From Candidatus Collierbacteria bacterium GW2011_GWB1_44_6 (GTDB taxonomy: Bacteria > Patescibacteriota > Microgenomatia > UBA1400 > MFAQ01): DNA of 64,000 bases. The stretch lies in assembly GCA_000998025.1 (NCBI GenBank), contig LCJG01000002.1, positions 891 through 64,890 of the forward strand. The letters are read 5' to 3'. Under the pieces are notes generated by a model. That model had not been told where the DNA came from and did no database searches. It saw nothing but the letters and a program-made list of their open reading frames with translations. This document shows, in pieces, positions 9,739-18,670 of the stretch; position 1 is the first letter of the stretch, and each line of letters begins with the position of its first letter. Both the position numbers and the translations under genes were made by a program.

Positions 9739-10972
9739 GGAGAAGGGCGTTTATTTTTGCCGATGAAGCTATAAGTACAAAAATATTGGAAGCTAAGAGG
9801 GAAATGGCGGGAGCGTGATATCCCACTTTGGGGATCAGAATAAGATCAAGAACGACCAAGATGGTGGTCTGGATAGCCACCATTCTGGTGTAGAAAGATA
9901 ACTGATTAAAGGCGTAGATGAGGACAGAGTTAAAAATAATGATATACAAAAAAGGAACCATGGCCAGGATCAGATTGCGGAAAACGGAGATCGACTCCGT
10001 ATACTTTTCACCGTAAACCAGAGTAATGATGGGGCCTGCAAAAAGAGAGATGATCGCCATGAAGGCGGCGATGCCCGAAACGAGTAATAATAATTTTTTC
10101 ATATAGGAAACCGTCTTTGAGTGAGAATCAAATGAGGAGAAGCGCGGGTTGATGACCGAGTTTAGCCCTGCGGCCAACATGGCGAAAAATATCGTCACCC
10201 GGCTGGCAGCGGAGAAGATGCCGGCGGAGTAATTCCCTGCCATGAGGTTCAATAGAACAATATCGATCCGGGAAGTCATCACGGTAAAGATGCGGGAAAC
10301 AGCTATCCACTTGGAAAAATGAAATATGTTCCAAAAGGCATCTTTAAAAAAATCTAGCTCGATCGTATAAAGTTGTTTACCAAAGGTGATTAGTAGGGCA
10401 ATGAAGGTAGATATAATGTTGGCTATTAAGGCATTTCCTATGGTCAACTTACCCATCTTAAAGATGACCAAGACGATCAAAATCTTGACCGCACTATCAA
10501 TTATTTGGCTGGCTGAATAAGACCAGAATTTACGGCCAGCGGTAAAAAACCCCTGGGTGTAAATAATCAAAAGATAATTAAAGGAGATAATTCCGGTGAG
10601 AATGAAATCTGTCTGCAATGACCCAGGTACGACCAGATTGCTGACAAACGAAACAGTGCCAAACAAAAGAAGAACAAGTACTCCGATAGCAAATTCCAGC
10701 CAAAAGCTGGTCGCCAGATATTGATATTTATCAATGTGTTTTTTGGGTAAAAAATTGACTAGCGAACTGGAAATACCCAAGTCCCCCAAACTGAAGACGA
10801 TGGCCGCGAGTGCCGTCAAAGCAGAATAAACGCCGAAGTTAACCGGCCCCAGACTCCTGGCCAGCAGAATGGTATAGACAAAGCCGATGACCGCCGACAC
10901 ACCTAGGCCGATTGCCACAACAAAAGAGTCCTTGATTGTCTGCGTCTTGAGAATACCAATAATTTTCTTCAC
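9725..10972 (-). CDS. wzx: Oligosaccharide flippase (Wzx family)
   Basis: LARSLGPVNFG, DLGI, RIDIVLL and AGIFSAA motifs; about 12 TM helices. Confidence 0.85.
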   Translation of the reverse strand: MKKIIGILKTQTIKDSFVVAIGLGVSAVIGFVYTILLARSLGPVNFGVYSALTALAAIVFSLGDLGISSSLVNFLPKKHIDKYQYLATSFWLEFAIGVLVLLLFGTVSFVSNLVVPGSLQTDFILTGIISFNYLLIIYTQGFFTAGRKFWSYSASQIIDSAVKILIVLVIFKMGKLTIGNALIANIISTFIALLITFGKQLYTIELDFFKDAFWNIFHFSKWIAVSRIFTVMTSRIDIVLLNLMAGNYSAGIFSAASRVTIFFAMLAAGLNSVINPRFSSFDSHSKTVSYMKKLLLLVSGIAAFMAIISLFAGPIITLVYGEKYTESISVFRNLILAMVPFLYIIIFNSVLIYAFNQLSFYTRMVAIQTTILVVLDLILIPKVGYHAPAISLLASNIFVLIASSAKINALLHEKS

Positions 10973-11008
10973 TACTATATCTTACAATCCCGATGTACGA
11001 TATATCTA

Positions 11009-12835
11009 ATGGAATCATCCTTACCAGAAAAAGAACGCTTTGGAGTGAAATATATAATTTATTCTGATTTTGAAAGGACTGTAAAACCAATTGACCAAAT
11101 GATGGCTGCGACTGGTCTTTCAAGCAATGAATTGATTGGCACAGATCAACAAAAGACGTTAATAGTTGGATGGATAGACCAAAGAACGGAGTTGGCTGAG
11201 AGGTATAGGATAGTAGTAACCGAAACTGACTTTGTACCTGGAAAACTAGCGTCTAACATTTTTGATGTGAGGAAAGTATACGATGGTTTATTTCTTGGCA
11301 TGGACGGTTTATATGTATTGCATTCATCACTATCAAATAAAAAAGATCCAAATATTTCAAGTTTAAATGAAAAATGGATCGAACTAGAAAGACAAATTGA
11401 TTCAACAGCTTTGACTCTTTCTTATTCTCGTAAAGAAGGGAGCGACCCTGAGTATGACAATAAGCTTGATATTGTTGTGCGGACCATACGAGAGATAAGT
11501 ACGTTTATTGAAGAAATTAAAGATGCGACAACAGACGAAGATATCAAAGTATATTTATCCAGATCAATGTTGGCTGCACAGTCCATAACCGACTCTTTAA
11601 AAGAGATTCCTATCAGCAAGAAGATCAGAGAAGAATTGCGTGAATATTCACAAGGGCTAAGGGAGAATGGACTAAGCGAAATGAGGATTTATCAGAAAGA
11701 GCATATATATAAAAGAGAACTACTGCAACGTTACGCGGGGAAAAAAGACATAAAGTCGTCCTCCCTAGTATCTTCTCTATTTCCAGAGCTTCCATTTGGG
11801 AAAAATAGCTTCGATAGGATACTTATTCCAGATACGCTTTCAATAAGAATTCTTCACCATATGAATCTAGATGACTTTAACGAAGTCTTTACTTCGATTT
11901 CTAGTATTCTAAAAGAGGAAGGCCACGCAACAATATTTCCTATTAGAAACGCTCCTGAAAAATCACAAAAATTTAATCGTGGCGCGTTGATAGGCTCTCT
12001 TGAGGCCTTAGTCGTGGACAGCCATGGAATGGTATCTTGGGAAATTAAAAACTCAGATGAAGAGGCTCTGGAAGAAGTACTAATTATCAAAAAACATTCT
12101 TCATCAAACAAAGAAGCCTTGGAAAAAGCATTAAAGTACCTTGAGGTAATTAATAAAGAAAATGAAAAAATCGTTTCAAACTTATCGAGATGGTTTAAAG
12201 AAGGTGCGAAGAACCTTCTGGATACAGGAGCCATCCTTATAAACGATGGAGTGGTGTTTGTAAGATGTTTAATTACTCCTCATTTGCTAGCAGATGATAC
12301 CCCGATTGTCTTGGTTTCTCCAGATCCGGTTCGTCAAAAAACGCTTGGTATCGGCGCTCTTCATGACTCTGTCTACATTGATCTGGTAAACGAAAGCCAG
12401 AAACGAGGGGAGGAAGCTAGAAAAAAAATGATGGATCGATTCCAATTTACTGACTTTACAGAAGCCTATTTAGAATTTACCCCTAAGGAAAATGGGTGTT
12501 TCTTGGGAAAATTTGATCTTTCTGTAAAATATTATTATGGAGACTTGCCACACGTATTTGAAGATCCTAAATTCCTAGATAAACTAGTACGTATATATAA
12601 CATCAGTAGTGTTGGAGATACAATACAAGATTTGAATATTGTAAAAATTATTCGTGAAGCAAACATTACGAGTGAGATAAACTCCCGGATCAAAAAAATG
12701 GAAGATAAAATGTTTTCCTCTTCGGATATCACGACATACCGGAGACTGGCTACTCTTGCTTACATAGAGGGGTCACTAAAGCCGGACTCTCAGGCATGGA
12801 ACAAACTGAAAGAGTTAGAGGCGGAATTTATTTAG
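11009..12835 (+). CDS. Hypothetical 608-aa soluble protein, possibly with a degenerate methyltransferase-like segment
   Basis: Long ORF filling a gap between minus-strand genes. ELPFGKNSFDRIL and ILKEEG resemble class I MTase motifs. Confidence 0.65.
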   Translation: MESSLPEKERFGVKYIIYSDFERTVKPIDQMMAATGLSSNELIGTDQQKTLIVGWIDQRTELAERYRIVVTETDFVPGKLASNIFDVRKVYDGLFLGMDGLYVLHSSLSNKKDPNISSLNEKWIELERQIDSTALTLSYSRKEGSDPEYDNKLDIVVRTIREISTFIEEIKDATTDEDIKVYLSRSMLAAQSITDSLKEIPISKKIREELREYSQGLRENGLSEMRIYQKEHIYKRELLQRYAGKKDIKSSSLVSSLFPELPFGKNSFDRILIPDTLSIRILHHMNLDDFNEVFTSISSILKEEGHATIFPIRNAPEKSQKFNRGALIGSLEALVVDSHGMVSWEIKNSDEEALEEVLIIKKHSSSNKEALEKALKYLEVINKENEKIVSNLSRWFKEGAKNLLDTGAILINDGVVFVRCLITPHLLADDTPIVLVSPDPVRQKTLGIGALHDSVYIDLVNESQKRGEEARKKMMDRFQFTDFTEAYLEFTPKENGCFLGKFDLSVKYYYGDLPHVFEDPKFLDKLVRIYNISSVGDTIQDLNIVKIIREANITSEINSRIKKMEDKMFSSSDITTYRRLATLAYIEGSLKPDSQAWNKLKELEAEFI

Positions 12836-13760
12836 ATCTGTACCAATCCAGTAAGTCTTTGAGGGTTTGTTCGATGGGGATTTCGGGGGTCCAGCCGGTT
12901 TCGGTAGTAATTTTGGCGTGAGAACCGATAATAACAGGCACGTCGGAGGGATTGTTTCTAGTGGGGTCGATTGAATGTTCAATTTTTACGTAGGCGTTTT
13001 TTATCAAACCCTGATAGATATCTCCGGTAGAGATCGCTTTCCCCGAACATACGTTATACCTCTCCCCAGTTTTTCCTTTATCCAGTAATAAGCGGTATGC
13101 ACGAACCACATCACGTACATCAGTATAATCCCGCAAATTTTCCAAGTATCCGGTCAATAGGAGGGGTGCTTTGTTTCCTTTTTCGATTTCGACAATTTGA
13201 GTTGCGATATCCGAAGCGAGGAAACCAACTCCTTGTCCGGGTCCTGTGTGACTGAATGAGGCTGAGTAAACTATATCAATTTTGTTTACCCGGACATAGG
13301 CTTTTGCTGTGTAATAACAAGCTAATTTACTGATCGCATATGGGCTTCTCGGATCAAAACCGGTTTCTTCGGTAATGGGAAGCTTATCTTCAGGAACATC
13401 CCCATATTCTACCGAGGAACCGACCAATAAAGTTCTAGGGTGGTAGCCGGGGTTATTTTTTATGGATTCTAGAAGATTTACGGTTCCAATGGTATTTATT
13501 TCAAAAGTTTTTTTGGGTGAGGTCCAAGAGTGGTGGGGGCTTGGTTGGGCGGCGAGATGAAAAATATAATCCGGACGAAGATTTTTCATTAAATTGTCGA
13601 CTTTTTCAGTATCAGTGATATCACAAACGAATACTTTATCCGATTTTATCTCCGGCTCGTTCAATGATGTTCCAAAAACTTTGTAACCATTACTTTCCAG
13701 TTCTTTCCACAGGTGTCTACCCACAAATCCTTCACTACCGGTGATTAGTGCTTTTTTCAT
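12828..13760 (-). CDS. rmd: GDP-4-keto-6-deoxy-D-mannose reductase-like extended SDR
   Basis: GSEGFVG, HLAAQ, SPYAISK and RDYTDVRDVVRAY motifs; lies near gmd. Confidence 0.72.
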   Translation of the reverse strand: MKKALITGSEGFVGRHLWKELESNGYKVFGTSLNEPEIKSDKVFVCDITDTEKVDNLMKNLRPDYIFHLAAQPSPHHSWTSPKKTFEINTIGTVNLLESIKNNPGYHPRTLLVGSSVEYGDVPEDKLPITEETGFDPRSPYAISKLACYYTAKAYVRVNKIDIVYSASFSHTGPGQGVGFLASDIATQIVEIEKGNKAPLLLTGYLENLRDYTDVRDVVRAYRLLLDKGKTGERYNVCSGKAISTGDIYQGLIKNAYVKIEHSIDPTRNNPSDVPVIIGSHAKITTETGWTPEIPIEQTLKDLLDWYRSK

Positions 13761-13780
13761 TAATTTTCTAAAAACAAAAA

Positions 13781-14764
13781 TTAATAACCATAGATCCCTC
13801 TTTCGGGAAGTTTACCACCATTTAAGACCCGCAGCCTGTCCATCATTAGAGTGTAGCTAATTTGGTCTAGACCGTTTAACTGCCTGAAACCCAGCTCCTC
13901 AAGTAGCTCAATGTCAAAACGGATGTCTTTTATTTTTGCGAGACCACCAAATCTTGGATCAGGCTCCCCGGGTTTGTCTGGCCGTCCAACTACCCTAGCC
14001 ATCGAAAGGAAGAAATCCTCAAGGCTGGGGCTATATCCACTGGTAACCAAAAAACGATCACCGATATCTACTCTCTTACTGGTCATGGCATAGAAAAAAA
14101 TACTAGCGGCATCCTTTGAGTGCAGAAATGGCCTATTCTGTTTGAGATCGCCGTGAACGATTTTTTCCTCACCACGAACAAACTGATCCATAATATCCGG
14201 CCCGATAAAGCCCAAACGTTGACCCTCCCCTGTCGTGTTTCCAATAAACGAGAATCTGATATCAATGTCAGGCAAATATTTCAAGGCGTCATAGAACATA
14301 TTATTTTTGCTTAGGACATAAGTATCTCCATTTTCTTTCAGTGGATGGTGAACACTAATCAGGCCAGACTCTTTGATGTCGAATTGGAGAACTGAGCATG
14401 GTAGGATCACTATTGGCCTTTTTTCCCTTGGTAATTTTTTGACTGATTCCAACATTTGTATTACTCCAAGGTGATTAACTTGGTCTGCGAGTATGGGATT
14501 CTCTTTAGCTATTCTCGGATCAGATATACCGGCCAGACAAATAATCACATCGAAACCACCTTTCGCAATAACTTCATCGGCAGTTTCCGGGTGACGAAAG
14601 TCAACATAATGAATGCCATCGCGTATTGATGCCCGTCCCATTTCGGTACTGGTAATCTCAACCTTAAAACCACGTTGAGTGAGACCGCTATCGGTTGCCC
14701 GACCTATCATTCCATCCCCTCCAGGAATAAGAATTTTCCCTTCAGCGAATTCAGATCTGCTCAT
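13781..14764 (-). CDS. Divergent NAD(P)-dependent sugar epimerase/reductase (extended SDR)
   Basis: GGDGMIG nucleotide-binding motif, CLAGIS and YVLSK (YxxxK). Confidence 0.78.
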   Translation of the reverse strand: MSRSEFAEGKILIPGGDGMIGRATDSGLTQRGFKVEITSTEMGRASIRDGIHYVDFRHPETADEVIAKGGFDVIICLAGISDPRIAKENPILADQVNHLGVIQMLESVKKLPREKRPIVILPCSVLQFDIKESGLISVHHPLKENGDTYVLSKNNMFYDALKYLPDIDIRFSFIGNTTGEGQRLGFIGPDIMDQFVRGEEKIVHGDLKQNRPFLHSKDAASIFFYAMTSKRVDIGDRFLVTSGYSPSLEDFFLSMARVVGRPDKPGEPDPRFGGLAKIKDIRFDIELLEELGFRQLNGLDQISYTLMMDRLRVLNGGKLPERGIYGY

Positions 14765-14769
14765 GTGGT

Positions 14770-15798
14770 CTATTTTACATTATGAGATTTTAACCATTCG
14801 ATGTCGGCATCGACCATGATCTCCATTAGCTCTTTCATAAAGACTTTTGGCTCCCAGCCAAGTTCTTTTTTGGCCAAGGAGTAATCCCCTCTCATATCGG
14901 TAATTTCGGTGGGGCGGAGTAACCGCTCATTGGACATGACATGGTCTTCCCAGTTCATACCCACATGATCGAAAGCAGCTTTACAGGCATCTTTTATAGA
15001 ATAGTTGGTATCGGTGCCAATGACGTAGTCTTTGGGTTTCTCCTGCTGGAGCATGAGCCACATCGCTTCCACATAATCCTTGGAATAGCCCCAGTCGCGC
15101 ATGGCGTTTAGGTCGCCGAGGTGGATTCTGCCCTGAGCGTCCACCATAGGTTCTCCGAGTTCGTTGACAGGAGGATTTTGGATGCCAAGCTTGATACAGG
15201 CGACACCCATGGAAATTTTGCGGGTGACGAAGTGCAATGAACGGCGGGGTGACTCGTGATTGAAAAGAATTCCACCGCAAACGAACATGCCGTAAGATTC
15301 ACGATAGCAATTGATCATCATGTGAGCGTAGGCTTTGGCAATTCCGTAAGGATTGTTAGCAAAAAGTGGAGTGGACTCATTGGCTCTATCAACACCTTTT
15401 ACCCCGCCAAGAATTTCTCTCGAAGTGGCTTGATAGACTTTGGCATGAGGAGCAAAGTGGCGGACGGCTTCAAAAACTCGGACAGGTCCTAGGGCAGTAA
15501 CTTCGCCGGTATAGAAGGGATGAGACCAAGCGTCTCCCGGGACGGACTGGGCCGCGATATTGTAAACCTCGTCGGGCTGGTACTTGATCATGACTCGATT
15601 GAGTGACTCCTGATCGATCAGGTCGGCTGCTTCCAAAATAATTTTGCCTTTCAGGTGCTCGATGTTTTCGTGAACCATGGCGGTGGAGCGGCGGATGGAG
15701 CCAACTACTTTGTACCCTTTCTCAAGTAGTAGTTCTGCTAGATATGAACCATCTTGGGAAGAGACTCCTACGATGACTGCCGTTTTTTGTTTTTCCAT
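14770..15798 (-). CDS. gmd: GDP-mannose 4,6-dehydratase
   Basis: QDGSYLAELLLEKGY, PDEVYNIAAQS, PYGIAK, GILFNHESPRR, FVTRKI and RDWG motifs. Confidence 0.95.
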   Translation of the reverse strand: MEKQKTAVIVGVSSQDGSYLAELLLEKGYKVVGSIRRSTAMVHENIEHLKGKIILEAADLIDQESLNRVMIKYQPDEVYNIAAQSVPGDAWSHPFYTGEVTALGPVRVFEAVRHFAPHAKVYQATSREILGGVKGVDRANESTPLFANNPYGIAKAYAHMMINCYRESYGMFVCGGILFNHESPRRSLHFVTRKISMGVACIKLGIQNPPVNELGEPMVDAQGRIHLGDLNAMRDWGYSKDYVEAMWLMLQQEKPKDYVIGTDTNYSIKDACKAAFDHVGMNWEDHVMSNERLLRPTEITDMRGDYSLAKKELGWEPKVFMKELMEIMVDADIEWLKSHNVK

Positions 15799-15822
15799 AA
15801 TAGCTATTTTATCTTAATAATC

Positions 15823-16569
15823 CTATTTCTTCTTTAGAACAGTAAAGATTGAGATGCCGATGGGATAGCTGATATATTTCATCAGCTTAATTTCGGTGAC
15901 AAAGATAATTTTGAGAAGGTCATTTATCAAACTTTTCTTGGCTATATCATAGTTGAGCTTGGAATCGTAACTGTTGACCTTTTTGAAGGGTTTCAAACGT
16001 CCCAGAAGCCGTAGGAGGATGATTGCTGGCGACAGAAAGAAATTGAAGTAACTGATCCTATCGATAGCCAACCGGGTTTTTATAGCAAGCCAGCGCATCC
16101 TACTCCTGGTATATCTCCGGAAGTGGCCCTGCTCGCTGTCGTGCTCTGACCAGATAAATTGAAGTGCCGGAGTAGTGATAATAATCTTGCCACCTTTCTT
16201 TAGAACACGTTTGGCTTCCAAGAGTATCCCCGAGTCATCTTCGATATGTTCAATCACATCCAAAAGAAGGACGTAGTCAAAGGAGTTGGCGTTAAAAGGG
16301 AGTTTTTTTGCATCGACCAGGCGAATGTTTTTGTGGCCTCTTTTCCGAGCAAAGTCGATGGCTACCGGCATATTGTCTATACCGTAGAGTTTGGGCTTAT
16401 CCAAGCAACCCTCCAAGAAAGTAAGTGTCTCACCGGTACCGCAGCCGATGTCCAGTATTTTTAAACCGGGTTTTTTTTCGAGTGATTGCCGGAGGATCTG
16501 CCTGCGGCCTTCCCACCACCAGTGGATTTTTTCGATTTCATGGAAATGTCGAAGCAGTTTTTCGTTCAT
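15823..16569 (-). CDS. Class I SAM-dependent methyltransferase
   Basis: HWWWEGRR, ILDIGCGTG, LPF..SFD, DVIEH and GHFRRY motifs. Confidence 0.9.
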   Translation of the reverse strand: MNEKLLRHFHEIEKIHWWWEGRRQILRQSLEKKPGLKILDIGCGTGETLTFLEGCLDKPKLYGIDNMPVAIDFARKRGHKNIRLVDAKKLPFNANSFDYVLLLDVIEHIEDDSGILLEAKRVLKKGGKIIITTPALQFIWSEHDSEQGHFRRYTRSRMRWLAIKTRLAIDRISYFNFFLSPAIILLRLLGRLKPFKKVNSYDSKLNYDIAKKSLINDLLKIIFVTEIKLMKYISYPIGISIFTVLKKK

Positions 16570-16624
16570 GACTTGTTTTTGATTTTATCTGTAAGAAAGT
16601 AAAAATGATACCTGGAGTGTAACT

Positions 16625-17623
16625 CTATATTTCCCGTATGACCTCGAATCCCTTGTAGCTTCCAACTACCGCTAGGCCAATTACTTTTTTTGCCGTCCCC
16701 GCCTGTTTCAATTTCTGAGCAGTTTCATTTAGCGTAGCTCCGGACCCAACAGCATCATCAATCAGCAACACATTATCGTATTTCTTGTTTTCATCTTTCA
16801 AAAAGATTGACCCTCGAGCGTTTGTGATACGATCTTCAAGTTTGGATAGTGACTTTTGAGCCACCGGTATATCTCCGACATAGGCTTTAACCAATTCAAT
16901 TCTATGGAGTTTAATCTTTGCAAGTTTTTCCATTTCTTTCTGAAATTGATACTTTCTGGGAATGGTAGGGGGGATAAAACCAACAGCATCAATCTTATAT
17001 CGCTTAATAATGTCTTGTATGACGTGTTTAAATTGTGGAAATATTTCTTCTATGAGAGTAATTTTTTGGGTTTGCTTGGCGTATAGAACCAGCTGACCAA
17101 GCTTGGTTTTTCCAAATTTTGGTAGGCTGTAAAAATCCAAGTAATAAAGTTTATCGAGAAGGGTGTCTGGGAAAACTGCTTTAATTCTTTCTGTGGCGTT
17201 AATATATCCAAATCTATTAATAAAGACATTGGCTTGAGTCCGATTGTGAACGTACTCGACTGCGAGATTAGCTGCCCTCTTTTCTTCTTTTATATCTTTA
17301 ACCCACCTAAGGAAACCAGCAACTCCCTGAAGGACTTCTCCCAAGGGCGTGACATACAAATATTCGCTTTCAATGACATCCTTGATTTTTTTGGGAATTT
17401 CCAAGTCTTGTGGCACCACGGTCAAATCACCGTTCATGTAAATATAAAACACAAGTGGAGGCTTACCAACCCTAGCAACTCTTCCCTCAGAAAGAAGGCT
17501 CTTGAGATATCTGTGTATAAGAACCTTACTGATTCTAAATTGTCGCCAAAGATCATCCACTCGAGTTTGACCTCGAGCCTGAATAAACTGAACTATTTGT
17601 TCCTTATAATTTTGATTCGACAT
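16625..17623 (-). CDS. N-terminal winged-HTH plus ComF-like phosphoribosyltransferase domain protein
   Basis: N-terminal wHTH pattern (ISKVLIHRYLKSLLSEGRV..VGKPP..FY) and PRPP-binding motif VLLIDDAVGSGATL. Confidence 0.8.
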   Translation of the reverse strand: MSNQNYKEQIVQFIQARGQTRVDDLWRQFRISKVLIHRYLKSLLSEGRVARVGKPPLVFYIYMNGDLTVVPQDLEIPKKIKDVIESEYLYVTPLGEVLQGVAGFLRWVKDIKEEKRAANLAVEYVHNRTQANVFINRFGYINATERIKAVFPDTLLDKLYYLDFYSLPKFGKTKLGQLVLYAKQTQKITLIEEIFPQFKHVIQDIIKRYKIDAVGFIPPTIPRKYQFQKEMEKLAKIKLHRIELVKAYVGDIPVAQKSLSKLEDRITNARGSIFLKDENKKYDNVLLIDDAVGSGATLNETAQKLKQAGTAKKVIGLAVVGSYKGFEVIREI

Positions 17624-17629
17624 ATGTGT

Positions 17630-17679
17630 ATTATATCACAAAGTTTACTGTTAACAGTTAAGTGTTAACTGTTAATAGT
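17630..17679 (-). promoter_or_regulatory. Extended -10 promoter with a palindromic operator upstream of the wHTH-PRTase gene
   Basis: Minus-strand TGaTATAAT (hexamer 17630-17635) lies 6 nt before the ATG. Inverted repeat ACTGTTAACAGTTAA-gtg-TTAACTGTTAATAGT at 17647-17679 has 15-bp arms with 1 mismatch. Confidence 0.7.
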
Positions 17680-17762
17680 TCGTGCCTAAATAGTCTCAGT
17701 TTGCAGCGATTTTAAGGATATTTATGGAAAAATTCTGCCAGCGTGACACTCACAAATGATAT

Positions 17763-18602
17763 TTAGTGTAAAGATTTTTGTTTATTAACAGGCTTAGTTT
17801 GCGGAAAATGGTTTTCTTTTGAACTAATCTTTGACCCACTGGCTTTTTCAATTTGTTTTCTAGTGTCACCGGCGATCTTCCCACCTTCTTTGGCATCTGT
17901 TCGAATCGGGCTGAACCCTTTGGAGTCTCTGTCTTTATGTAATTTTGTCGTTGTGGCTTCTGCCAGCATGGTAAGGATTAATTCCAAATCGTTCATGTGG
18001 TCTCGAAGATTTTCTTTTTCCAGTCCCTTGAAATTTTTATATTCACCGACTTTCATGTCAAAAGTTCCCTGCATGATTTCGTTGGTCAGTATGGCAAATT
18101 CACGGGTGTGCTTGATGCCCCTGTCTTTCCACTCGGTAGTTAGTTCCTGTCGCACTGCAATGCCCCTTGATCGTTTTTCAATCCACTCTTTTGTATATCC
18201 TTTCTTTTCATACAAAGACCTCATCCTCTCCATGGCCAATTCAGGATCATTTATTTCGTCAATTCTCTCTTTACCGATACGGGCAAGCCATTGCTTAAAG
18301 GGTTCTGCTTTGGGAGAGGGTATGGACTGGATTATCCTGAGCACCGTAGCTGTGTTGGCACAATCAGTCGTGTATTTTTTTCCGTCAGACGACATCATCT
18401 TCAGTTGTCCGATTTTTTCGGACAACTCAATATCGCCTTCTCTTTCTATCTTCTTCTTTAGATCGTTCCAATACTTTCTTGGTCTCTCGTTTTGAATTAG
18501 AGCCGCTACGACGTCTGTAATTGAAAACCACCAATCCTTTTTATGCCACACTCTCCTTACCTGTCTTTTTTCGAATAACGCAATCTCTTTTGCTTCTCCC
18601 AT
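17763..18602 (-). CDS. Bro-N domain DNA-binding protein (phage antirepressor-like)
   Basis: VRRVW..WWFSITDVV, RKYWNDLK, RIIQSIPSPKAEPFKQWLA and NLRDHMNDLELI motifs. Confidence 0.88.
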   Translation of the reverse strand: MGEAKEIALFEKRQVRRVWHKKDWWFSITDVVAALIQNERPRKYWNDLKKKIEREGDIELSEKIGQLKMMSSDGKKYTTDCANTATVLRIIQSIPSPKAEPFKQWLARIGKERIDEINDPELAMERMRSLYEKKGYTKEWIEKRSRGIAVRQELTTEWKDRGIKHTREFAILTNEIMQGTFDMKVGEYKNFKGLEKENLRDHMNDLELILTMLAEATTTKLHKDRDSKGFSPIRTDAKEGGKIAGDTRKQIEKASGSKISSKENHFPQTKPVNKQKSLH

Positions 18603-18670
18603 ATCTCAATCTAATTGTTAACTATCTCCATTAAATACCAAAGATTACCCGAATACAAGAGTTGGTTTAT

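Noticed and set aside
16607-16622. Short imperfect palindrome (atacctggagtgt) after the PRTase stop
   Set aside because: It is too short and imperfect to call as a terminator or repeat.
17863-18495. 210-aa plus-strand ORF
   Set aside because: It is the antisense shadow of the Bro-N gene, Ser/Phe-rich and without motifs. The same applies to the many short nested or antisense ORFs in the track.
17763-18602. Bro-N gene as a prophage marker
   Set aside because: No integrase, structural or replication phage genes lie nearby.
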